A stretch of DNA of 64,000 nt from Bacteroidia bacterium (GTDB taxonomy: Bacteria > Bacteroidota > Bacteroidia > NS11-12g > UBA955). Below, in pieces: positions 19,677-27,432 of this stretch. The DNA is taken from the NCBI GenBank assembly GCA_044368575.1, contig JBIPPH010000003.1, forward strand, positions 8,999 to 72,998, written 5' to 3'. The notes beneath the pieces are model-generated. The model had not been told where the DNA came from and ran no database searches. It saw only the letters and a program-made list of their open reading frames with translations. Each line of letters begins with the position of its first letter. The stretch's first letter is position 1. The position numbers were made by a program, and so were the translations under genes.

Positions 19677-20279
19677 TTAAAGGCTCCAAACCAATAATTT
19701 GTTGTCGACGTAAAGGTGCTCAAGAAAGACTGTTTTTTGAGTGGTTTCAGTCTGAATTATGCCCTTCAATTGCGGTTGATTTTGAACGCTTAAATGGGTC
19801 TTAAAGTCAAGTGCCTTCTCGGCGTAAATTTTATATAATACTTCTTTAGCAGACCACACCAACAAAGCCATTTCTGGTTTACCTTCTGGGTCAATATCAC
19901 TTGGGCTTATGAATTTGCTGGCCAATTTTAGAATATTAGGTCTTGGAAATTCTATATCAATGCCAATGTTACTAGCTTCTGGATTAGTATCAATGTAGAC
20001 ACTTACCCAGTTTTTAGAGTGACTAATTGAGATCTTGCTTTGAATTTGATCTAATAGGGGCTGCCCTTTGGGAGAGTATGCGAGCAAATTGTCAATCTTT
20101 TTGTTCAACAAATGATTGATTAAAAAGCGCGTGCAAGCCTTGCATAATTGTTGTTCTTCGAGCAGTGTTTGATCGGGATGAATTGAAATTTTTTCTAAAA
20201 AAAAACTTAAAGGTTCGGAGATTTCCCAAACCGCTAGTTTCTTTGTAGCATCAATTTGTTTTTCAAGTCTAAGTGGCAT
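19677..20279 (-). CDS. 4'-phosphopantetheinyl transferase (Sfp/EntD-like)
   Basis: GQP, ISISHS, IGIDIE, WSAKEVLYK. Confidence 0.85.
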   Translation of the reverse strand: MPLRLEKQIDATKKLAVWEISEPLSFFLEKISIHPDQTLLEEQQLCKACTRFLINHLLNKKIDNLLAYSPKGQPLLDQIQSKISISHSKNWVSVYIDTNPEASNIGIDIEFPRPNILKLASKFISPSDIDPEGKPEMALLVWSAKEVLYKIYAEKALDFKTHLSVQNQPQLKGIIQTETTQKTVFLEHLYVDNKLLVWSL

Positions 20280-21147
20280 GCCAATTAATGTTGTAAAAAT
20301 ACGCGAGTTTATAGCACATACACAAGCAGTTTATACGCTGTGTTTATCAGGTAAGCCTTTGGGATTTTACAGTGCTGGCGCTGACGGACAAATACTTGAA
20401 TGGGAGGGAAGGTCCAATGAAGTCGTCAGGTTAGCTCAATGCAGTTCAGCTGTATATGCATTGGCTAAGTTTAATCAGTATTTATTAGCCGGTTGTAGTA
20501 AAGGGCAGTTGTACCTCTATGATAGTGCCCTTGTCAAATGTATTCAAATGGCCGCTGCTCCGATCTTTGATATTTTAGCCTTCAATGATCAATTGCTCAT
20601 TGTTCAAGGCAATGGCACTTGCACAGTTTTCAATTCAGCATTAGAACCGATAAAAACCATTGTCGTTTCAGATAAACCATTGCGTAAAATAGTGCTGCAT
20701 CAAAATCAACTATATTTTTGTGGAAGCAAAGGGCTTGTTTATCAATTTGATGAGAACTTAAATCCAATAGGCTCCTTGCCAATAAACGACACAACCTTAT
20801 TTACCATGGCATATGATTCAATCAATCAATTGGCATTTGTGGCAGGTAGATCTGGGCAACTCATGCGTTTCAATCAAGAGGGAGTGATTGAAATGGTCCA
20901 AGCCCATAGTGGCACTATTCATGATTTAGCATTGTCTGAAGACGCTCAATTATTGGCCAGCGCCAGTATGGATAAGAGTATTCGATTATGGCAGCCTAAT
21001 CCACTCAAATTGCTTAAAGTGGTAAATTACGATAAACAAAAAGCCCATCAGAATTCAGTGAATAAAATTTTGTGGTTTGAAAAAAACAATTTTATTTCGT
21101 GCAGCGATGACCACACAATTCAGTGGTTTCAAATACAAGAATCATGA
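20278..21147 (+). CDS. WD40-repeat beta-propeller protein
   Basis: AHTQAVY..SAGADG..W, AHSGTI..LASASMDKSIRLW, AHQNSVN..SCSDD..W. Confidence 0.85.
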   Translation: MPINVVKIREFIAHTQAVYTLCLSGKPLGFYSAGADGQILEWEGRSNEVVRLAQCSSAVYALAKFNQYLLAGCSKGQLYLYDSALVKCIQMAAAPIFDILAFNDQLLIVQGNGTCTVFNSALEPIKTIVVSDKPLRKIVLHQNQLYFCGSKGLVYQFDENLNPIGSLPINDTTLFTMAYDSINQLAFVAGRSGQLMRFNQEGVIEMVQAHSGTIHDLALSEDAQLLASASMDKSIRLWQPNPLKLLKVVNYDKQKAHQNSVNKILWFEKNNFISCSDDHTIQWFQIQES

Positions 21148-21680
21148 TTTTAACAGATTACCAAATACTCGATGAGATTGAAAAAGGATCCATTTTAATT
21201 GAACCATTTAGAGCAGATTGTTTAGGCACTAATAGCTATGATGTGCATTTAGGTCGTTACTTAGCCACCTACAAAGACAGAGTGCTTGACGCTAAAGCTC
21301 ACAATAAAATTGATCATTTTGAAATTCCACAAGAGGGCTTTGTTTTACAACCAGGCACTTTGTATTTGGGTGTAACAGAAGAATACACAGAAACCCATAA
21401 CCATGTACCTTTTTTAGAAGGCAAAAGCAGTACAGGTCGTTTAGGTATAGATATTCATGCAACGGCTGGTAAAGGCGATATTGGTTTTTGCAATACTTGG
21501 ACACTTGAAATCAGCGTGTCTCAGCCAGTAAGAGTTTATGCTGGTATGCCAATTGGGCAATTGATCTATTTTGTAGTGAATGGTGAGGTTAAAACCATGT
21601 ATAACAAAAAGAAAAATGCCAAATACAACACCCGCACCATACGTCCAGTTGAAAGTATGATGTGGAAGAACAAATTCTAA
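21144..21680 (+). CDS. dcd: dCTP deaminase
   Basis: MILTD, NSYDVHLG, EGKSSTGRLG, TAGKGD, TLEI, PIGQL; ATGA overlap with the WD40 stop. Confidence 0.93.
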   Translation: MILTDYQILDEIEKGSILIEPFRADCLGTNSYDVHLGRYLATYKDRVLDAKAHNKIDHFEIPQEGFVLQPGTLYLGVTEEYTETHNHVPFLEGKSSTGRLGIDIHATAGKGDIGFCNTWTLEISVSQPVRVYAGMPIGQLIYFVVNGEVKTMYNKKKNAKYNTRTIRPVESMMWKNKF

Positions 21681-22196
21681 TTAGAAGTTAAATTTTAATG
21701 TAGGCGTCTGTAAAAGATTGCTAACATGTAATTGCCTATCAATGATTTGTATGGTATAATACATCGAATCAGGTTGAATGCCAGGATAGGGCAGTGCTTT
21801 AATTTTAAGGGTAATATCGCCAAAAATAGCTTTGTTTTTTCCTGTTGGGGTAATGTTGCCAATGCGGTCATTAAAGTTAACCGAATCGTTGCTTAAAGGG
21901 ATGGCAATTTTCTGCGCAACACCATTGTCAACTCGGTAAACATTCACTAATAAATTGTAAAAATAAGGGCTGCCGTAATTGAATGGGGCTGCAGTATCTT
22001 CAGAAGATAAGCCAATGTCACCATCGCCATCGGTATAATGAAAACTGATTTCAACAGCTGAGTCTTTGCCGTTTAATTGGAACTGTTTGGGGCTTTCATT
22101 TAAGCTGATAACAGGTTCATTGGGGAAATTAAATTCAGTGGTCTGGCAAGCAGCCAATACTAAAAAACCAAATATTTTAATATATTTTTGAACCAT
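21681..22196 (-). CDS. Hypothetical lipoprotein
   Basis: Lipobox LAAC at aa 14-17; YTDGDGDIG and IIDRQLHVSN motifs recur in Bacteroidota surface lipoproteins. Confidence 0.7.
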   Translation of the reverse strand: MVQKYIKIFGFLVLAACQTTEFNFPNEPVISLNESPKQFQLNGKDSAVEISFHYTDGDGDIGLSSEDTAAPFNYGSPYFYNLLVNVYRVDNGVAQKIAIPLSNDSVNFNDRIGNITPTGKNKAIFGDITLKIKALPYPGIQPDSMYYTIQIIDRQLHVSNLLQTPTLKFNF

Positions 22197-23181
22197 GTCT
22201 GTGCGTGAATGGCAAAGTCAATTATTGCATCTGCATCCTGAGCAATTTGAAGCAGTCGCCTTAGAGGTTTTTGCTTATCAATATGAACATTGCTCAGTGT
22301 ATAGGCATTACCTCAATCACTTGTCATTCGATCGTTCAAAAGTACTTGATTTCAATCAAATCCCCTATTTGCCCATTGCTTTTTTTAAACAGCACCAAGT
22401 TTCAAGCGGCGCTTTTGAAGCTGAAACGGTTTTTGAAAGCAGTTCAACTACAGGTATAGGCGTTAGTAAACACTTCGTTAAAGACTTGTCATGGTATAAA
22501 CAGGTGTTTACCGCTGCTTTTGACTTTCATTTTGGCGCTTACCAACAATTCGCTCATTTGGGTTTATTGCCGAATTATTTGGAGCGATCCAACTCCTCTT
22601 TAATTGTTCAAGTCAATCACTTTGTTCAAAGTACACTCGCCTTAGGCTCACAGTTTTATTTGTATGATTGGGCAGCTTTATTGAAGCAAATCCAGGTCAA
22701 CAAGAGTCGTCAATTTCCTACTGTTTTATGGGGCGTGTCATTTGCCTTACTTGATTTAGCAGAATCTCACTCAGTTGATTTGTCGCATTGTATTATCATC
22801 GAAACAGGAGGCATGAAAGGCCGTCGTAAGGAAATCACCAGACAAGAATTGCATGGTGAATTGTGTAGCGCATTTAACACAAAAAGCATAGCAACTGAAT
22901 ATGGTATGACAGAACTCATGTCTCAAGCCTATTCAAAAGCCAATGGACAACTACTCTGTCCACCCTGGATGAGGATTCAGATCAGAGAAATGAATGATCC
23001 ATTTACAGTTTTAGGTCCAGAACAACATGGGGCCATTAATATTGTTGATTTAGCCAATTTCAATACTTGTGCTTTTATTGAAACATCTGACTTAGGTAAA
23101 AAACATGCCAATGGCTGTTTTGAAGTCTTAGGGAGAATGGATTATAGTGATACCCGTGGTTGTAGTTTAATGCTGTCATGA
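22195..23181 (+). CDS. LuxE/PaaK-like acyl-protein synthetase family protein
   Basis: IPYLPIAFFK, FESSSTTG, ETGGMKGR, EYGMTEL, FIETSDLG, GR..RGC. Confidence 0.85.
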   Translation: MSVREWQSQLLHLHPEQFEAVALEVFAYQYEHCSVYRHYLNHLSFDRSKVLDFNQIPYLPIAFFKQHQVSSGAFEAETVFESSSTTGIGVSKHFVKDLSWYKQVFTAAFDFHFGAYQQFAHLGLLPNYLERSNSSLIVQVNHFVQSTLALGSQFYLYDWAALLKQIQVNKSRQFPTVLWGVSFALLDLAESHSVDLSHCIIIETGGMKGRRKEITRQELHGELCSAFNTKSIATEYGMTELMSQAYSKANGQLLCPPWMRIQIREMNDPFTVLGPEQHGAINIVDLANFNTCAFIETSDLGKKHANGCFEVLGRMDYSDTRGCSLMLS

Positions 23182-24095
23182 TTAAGGCTTTAATAGGAGA
23201 ATTGAAAAATTACCTCAGGGCATTCTCTCTAACACAAGGTGTGTTGTTACTCGCTTTTGCCACTATCAGTGTCAGTTTAAATCATTACTATCACATAGAA
23301 AAGCAATTGCATCAACTTGATTTTTGGCCCAGTCTAGCTGGTTTCTTTCTGATGTATGCCATTCATGTTTATGTTGGTTTCTGCCTTGTCTTGCCAACTA
23401 TTCATTTAAGCGGGATAAAGGCCCAATGGCGCATGCATTTGCTTTGGCTTTTAGCCTGTTTGTTGTTTGCTTTTAGGGCTTGTTTTACCTATCACGGCGT
23501 GTGGATTGAAGCTGTTTTTGGGGCAGAGCAAGCGCTGTTAAAATTCAGGGTATTTAACAATGTGTTCAGGGCCTTGTATTGTATTGTGCCGGTCTTTGTA
23601 ATTTGGCTTGTTCATGAATCAGATCATCAACATTTTTACGGGTTAAAACCCTTGAAGTCGCAATATAAATTATATGCCTACCTGCTGTTAGCTATGTTGC
23701 CACTGATTGCATTAGCTGCTTGTAATCAATCGTTTTTAAGTTACTATCCAAGAGCCAACAAAGTACTTGAAGTGGGCGGTAATTGGCTTGATTTGTGTTT
23801 GTATGAATTGTTTTACGGGCTTGATTTTGTTTCTATAGAGTTGTTTTTTAGAGGTTTTATGGTCATTGCGTTTATTCGCTATGTTGGTATATATGCAGTG
23901 TTGCCCATGTCATTAATGTATATGTCTATTCATTACGGGAAACCTACAGGAGAAGCCATCAGTTCATTTTTTGGAGGCAGTCTTTTAGGGGTAATGAGCT
24001 TTTATAGTCAATCAATTTTGGGGGGTATTTTCGTGCATATTGGTATAGCCTGGGGTATGGAAATAGGTGCCAGTATTGCACATGCTTACAAATAA
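23178..24095 (+). CDS. CPBP (Abi/CAAX) intramembrane glutamic protease
   Basis: Multi-TM; ELFFRG, IHYGKP, GIFVH motifs; ATGA-coupled to the luxE-like gene. Confidence 0.85.
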   Translation: MIKALIGELKNYLRAFSLTQGVLLLAFATISVSLNHYYHIEKQLHQLDFWPSLAGFFLMYAIHVYVGFCLVLPTIHLSGIKAQWRMHLLWLLACLLFAFRACFTYHGVWIEAVFGAEQALLKFRVFNNVFRALYCIVPVFVIWLVHESDHQHFYGLKPLKSQYKLYAYLLLAMLPLIALAACNQSFLSYYPRANKVLEVGGNWLDLCLYELFYGLDFVSIELFFRGFMVIAFIRYVGIYAVLPMSLMYMSIHYGKPTGEAISSFFGGSLLGVMSFYSQSILGGIFVHIGIAWGMEIGASIAHAYK

Positions 24096-24139
24096 TACAG
24101 CACTGAAATAAATAAGAATAAACTAATTATCTTCGCGGT

Positions 24140-24838
24140 ATGAATAAAGTAGTAGCCAATGCAGAAGAAGCCATAAAAGACATTCAAGATGGCGCTGTGA
24201 TTATGTTAGGCGGCTTTGGATTATGTGGTATTCCTGAAAATTGTATTGCTGCCTTGGTTAAGAAAGGTAGTAAAGAGTTAACTTGTATAAGCAACAATGC
24301 TGGTGTTGATGATTTTGGCATTGGTCTGATGTTGCAAACCAAACAGGTTAAGAAAATGATTTCTTCCTACGTTGGTGAAAATGCAGAGTTTGAACGTCAA
24401 TTGTTATCTGGTGAACTTGAGGTTGAATTGATCCCTCAAGGTACTTTAGCTACTCGTTGTATGGCTGCGGGTTATGGTATGCCAGCGGTATACACGCCAG
24501 CAGGGGTTGGTACTGAAGTGTCTATTGGTAAAGAAACTAGAGTGTTTAACGGCAAAACCTATTTATTAGAACATGCTTTCGATGCAGATTTTGCTATTGT
24601 AAAAGCCTGGAAAGGCGATACACATGGCAATTTGATATTTAAAGATTCAGCTAGAAATTTTAATCCATTAATGGCCATGGCCGGAAAGATTACCATTGCA
24701 GAAGTGGAAGAATTGTTGCCAGCTGGCGCATTGAATCCCAATGACATTCACACACCAGGTATTTACGTTCATAGGATTTTTAAAGGTCAAGACTACGAAA
24801 AACGCATAGAGCAAAGAACCGTAAGACCAGCCAAGTAA
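24140..24838 (+). CDS. scoA: 3-oxoacid CoA-transferase subunit A
   Basis: [42 protein letters not shown]. Confidence 0.92.
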   Translation: MNKVVANAEEAIKDIQDGAVIMLGGFGLCGIPENCIAALVKKGSKELTCISNNAGVDDFGIGLMLQTKQVKKMISSYVGENAEFERQLLSGELEVELIPQGTLATRCMAAGYGMPAVYTPAGVGTEVSIGKETRVFNGKTYLLEHAFDADFAIVKAWKGDTHGNLIFKDSARNFNPLMAMAGKITIAEVEELLPAGALNPNDIHTPGIYVHRIFKGQDYEKRIEQRTVRPAK

Positions 24839-24843
24839 TTAAT

Positions 24844-25521
24844 TTGCTGCAAGACATTCAAATTCAAGGAACAGAAGATGGCAGTGCTACATTGTATTTG
24901 CCAGGCTTATTAGAAACCTATCATTCCAATAAAGGCGCAATAGGGGAGAGTTGGCATGTGTATATTCAAAATGGTCTTTTGCCAAAATTATCTGAGGCCT
25001 CTTCTTTAACTATTCTTGAAGTTGGATTCGGTACTGGATTAAATGTTCTGCTAAGCCTTGAAGCGACTTCCGAACTTCATTCGATTCGGATGATGTCATT
25101 AGAGCCTTATTTGTTAAGCTTGCCATTATTAGCATCCTATTACCAACATTTTGAACAGGTGCCAAAGCACTTAAGTTCTTTGCCCACCCTGTTGGCTAGT
25201 GAGCAAATGCAGACCATACAAGCAGGGTTCCAATTTCAATTAATACCATCGAAATTAGAAGACTTAAGTAAAACTCAAATGGCTTTTGATGGCCCAATTG
25301 ATTTGGTTTATTTTGATGCGTTTGCACCTTCTAAACAACCTGAAGTATGGCAAATAGAATGTTTTAAAAAACTCTATGAATTAATGGCCCATAAAGGCAG
25401 ATTGGTGACCTACTGTGCACAAGGACAATTTAAAAGACATTTAAAACAAATTGGGTTTGAGGTTTATAATCCACCAGGGGCATTCGGGAAACGTGAAATG
25501 ACGGTTGCCATAAAGCCTTAA
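24844..25521 (+). CDS. mnmD: tRNA mnm5s2U34 methyltransferase, stand-alone MnmD/MnmC2-like
   Basis: TEDGSATLY, ETYHS, ESWHVYI, EVGFGTGLN, YFDAFAP, KREM; TTG start. Confidence 0.8.
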   Translation: MLQDIQIQGTEDGSATLYLPGLLETYHSNKGAIGESWHVYIQNGLLPKLSEASSLTILEVGFGTGLNVLLSLEATSELHSIRMMSLEPYLLSLPLLASYYQHFEQVPKHLSSLPTLLASEQMQTIQAGFQFQLIPSKLEDLSKTQMAFDGPIDLVYFDAFAPSKQPEVWQIECFKKLYELMAHKGRLVTYCAQGQFKRHLKQIGFEVYNPPGAFGKREMTVAIKP

Positions 25522-25540
25522 TTCATGTAATATTGTAGCT

Positions 25541-26143
25541 ATGGAACTTCAACTGATAGATATCGGTAAACGTTATGCCAATCATTGGTTGTTCCGTCAT
25601 GTGCAAATGTCATTAACAACTGGCGATGTGCTCTCTGTTCAAGGTGGAAATGGTTTTGGGAAATCTACCCTCATGCAAATACTTTATGGCTTTATAGAGC
25701 CTAGCGAAGGACAAGTGGTAATTGATGGGAAAGCAGATTTTAAGGCCAATCAATTGTTTAGTTATACTGGTCCTTATATGGAGTTGCCTATGTCATGTTC
25801 CATCGAAGAAATTCATGAGTTGTATAGCAAAGCCAATAAAATTGCTTTATCACTAGAGGCCTTTTATGACTATACCCAACTTAAGTTCTCAAAACAAAGC
25901 CCAATACAGTTTATGTCTTCAGGGCAAATACAAAAACTAAAAACAGCACTTTGTTTTTGTAGTACTTCTCCAATTCTTTTGTTAGATGAGCCTCTGAGCA
26001 ATATTGATCAAGCAGGTGAATTATGGTACAAAAATTGTCTTAACAACCTTAACAATAAAATTGTCGTCATAGCAGGTAATTATGAACAAGAATTTTCTAG
26101 TGCCAAGCACCATTTGGATCTTAAACAGTATAAAACCTTCTAA
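25541..26143 (+). CDS. Stand-alone ABC ATPase
   Basis: Walker A GGNGFGKS, signature MSSGQ, Walker B LLLDEP. Confidence 0.85.
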   Translation: MELQLIDIGKRYANHWLFRHVQMSLTTGDVLSVQGGNGFGKSTLMQILYGFIEPSEGQVVIDGKADFKANQLFSYTGPYMELPMSCSIEEIHELYSKANKIALSLEAFYDYTQLKFSKQSPIQFMSSGQIQKLKTALCFCSTSPILLLDEPLSNIDQAGELWYKNCLNNLNNKIVVIAGNYEQEFSSAKHHLDLKQYKTF

Positions 26144-26954
26144 GATACTCTTTTGTCTTATAGGGCTACTATTCCTTCATTTGCATGTAATCGCTGCCAA
26201 GCCCAAAAGTAATCAGGCTAAACAGATACAGCAACACAATGCCTTGAAATTAAAGCAATCTGTTTATATGGGTTTAGATACATTATTTTGCTCAGGTAAG
26301 CCTGTCGCCATAGCACACCGTTTGGTCAATGTCAATAACCAAGAACGATATGAATTGTTGGCTTTTTCAGATAAGCATAGAGCCATGTTAATTGATTCAA
26401 GTCAAAATATCCCAAAACAAACCCTTTACAACTTTCAGTTTCCAAGTTTGGCAATGTCTTGTTCGGCATTAAAAAAACCAACTTGGTTCAATGTGGCATC
26501 TGCTGTATGTCAATACCAGTTAATGACTCCTTATGGAATAGATACCACAAGAGCAGAGTTGTTTTTAACCTTAAACGGAACATCGGCCAAGCAAATACCT
26601 TTAAAAGTTGATTCGGTTCAAGTGCCATATGAAAAACGTTACATTGTCAAACGCAATTTACAAGCACCCTTAACCTACTCGGAAGATCAGGTGGCTCAAG
26701 ATGGTCAATTGATTGCAAGATGGGAGGAAAACATCGTTCAAAGTCCACAGGGAGATCTATTACAACTAACTATTATTAATTCATTGGGCGCTGATATTGC
26801 AACTGCTTCTAGAGGGAAAATCTTGAATTCACAAGGTACATACACCTGGCATATTTTGACCCATAAAGATTTAAAATTTCATTCAACTGAATTGAAATCA
26901 GAAGGGGAGTTGGGTGAATTGCTTCAATTCTTAATTCAAAAGCAATATTTATAG
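26082..26954 (+). CDS. Hypothetical exported protein (start uncertain)
   Basis: 290-codon ORF with a signal-like hydrophobic stretch ILFCLIGLLFLHLHVIA; 62-nt overlap with the ABC gene. Confidence 0.55.
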   Translation: MNKNFLVPSTIWILNSIKPSKILFCLIGLLFLHLHVIAAKPKSNQAKQIQQHNALKLKQSVYMGLDTLFCSGKPVAIAHRLVNVNNQERYELLAFSDKHRAMLIDSSQNIPKQTLYNFQFPSLAMSCSALKKPTWFNVASAVCQYQLMTPYGIDTTRAELFLTLNGTSAKQIPLKVDSVQVPYEKRYIVKRNLQAPLTYSEDQVAQDGQLIARWEENIVQSPQGDLLQLTIINSLGADIATASRGKILNSQGTYTWHILTHKDLKFHSTELKSEGELGELLQFLIQKQYL

Positions 26955-26960
26955 CGCCAC

Positions 26961-26991
26961 AAAAAAAGCGCCTCGTTCCCTTAGCGCTTTT
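26961..26991. terminator. Probable bidirectional terminator between convergent genes
   Basis: AAAAGCGC...GCGCTTTT; T7 run on the minus strand. Confidence 0.65.
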
Positions 26992-27014
26992 ATAGTATTA
27001 ACAATTAACTGAGC

Positions 27015-27293
27015 TTAATCTTGAATAGGATTGTCTGAAGAGTTGTTGAATTCCCTTGGTTTGGCAACAGTAACAATCATTTTGCGACCGCTCAATTCAC
27101 TGCCGTTTAAGGCTTCGATAGCATTGTTCCCATCTGATTCATTAGCCATCTCTACAAATCCAAATCCTTTGCTGCGTTTTGTCTCAGGGTCTCTGACTAT
27201 TTTAGCGCCAATGACTTCGCCGTGGGCCAAAAATACTTCCTTTAATTCTTCAGTTCTTAATCGATAGTTTAGGTTTCCAATGTAAATTCTCAT
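27015..27293 (-). CDS. RRM (RNP-1) RNA-binding protein
   Basis: RNP2 IYIGNL, RNP1 KGFGFVEM. Confidence 0.93.
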   Translation of the reverse strand: MRIYIGNLNYRLRTEELKEVFLAHGEVIGAKIVRDPETKRSKGFGFVEMANESDGNNAIEALNGSELSGRKMIVTVAKPREFNNSSDNPIQD

Positions 27294-27365
27294 GTCTGTT
27301 TTGTCGTTTGAAACAAAACTTCAAGATTCTCTTTGGATTAAAAAATGCAAGTTAATTTCAGTGGT

Positions 27366-27407
27366 AAAAAAGAAGCGCAACTAATTGATATACAATTTGT
27401 TGCGCTT
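27366..27407 (-). terminator. Intrinsic terminator after the metalloprotease gene
   Basis: AAGCGCAAC/GTTGCGCTT outer stem and AATTG/CAATT inner stem, followed by CTTTTTT on the minus strand. Confidence 0.8.
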
Positions 27408-27432
27408 TGTTTTGTGGATAGTCTAAAAAACC

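Noticed and set aside
22195-23181. Bioluminescence (lux) system
   Set aside because: Only a LuxE-like gene is present; there is no luxA/B/C/D in the window.
26082-26143. Possible programmed frameshift fusing the ABC ATPase to the downstream ORF (62-nt overlap)
   Set aside because: No clear slippery heptamer with a downstream structure. The second ORF has its own signal-like segment, so an uncertain start codon is the simpler explanation.
27015-27293. Eukaryote-like RRM protein (and the WD40 protein at 20278) as horizontal transfer from eukaryotes
   Set aside because: Single-RRM and WD40 proteins are well known and widespread in Bacteroidota.
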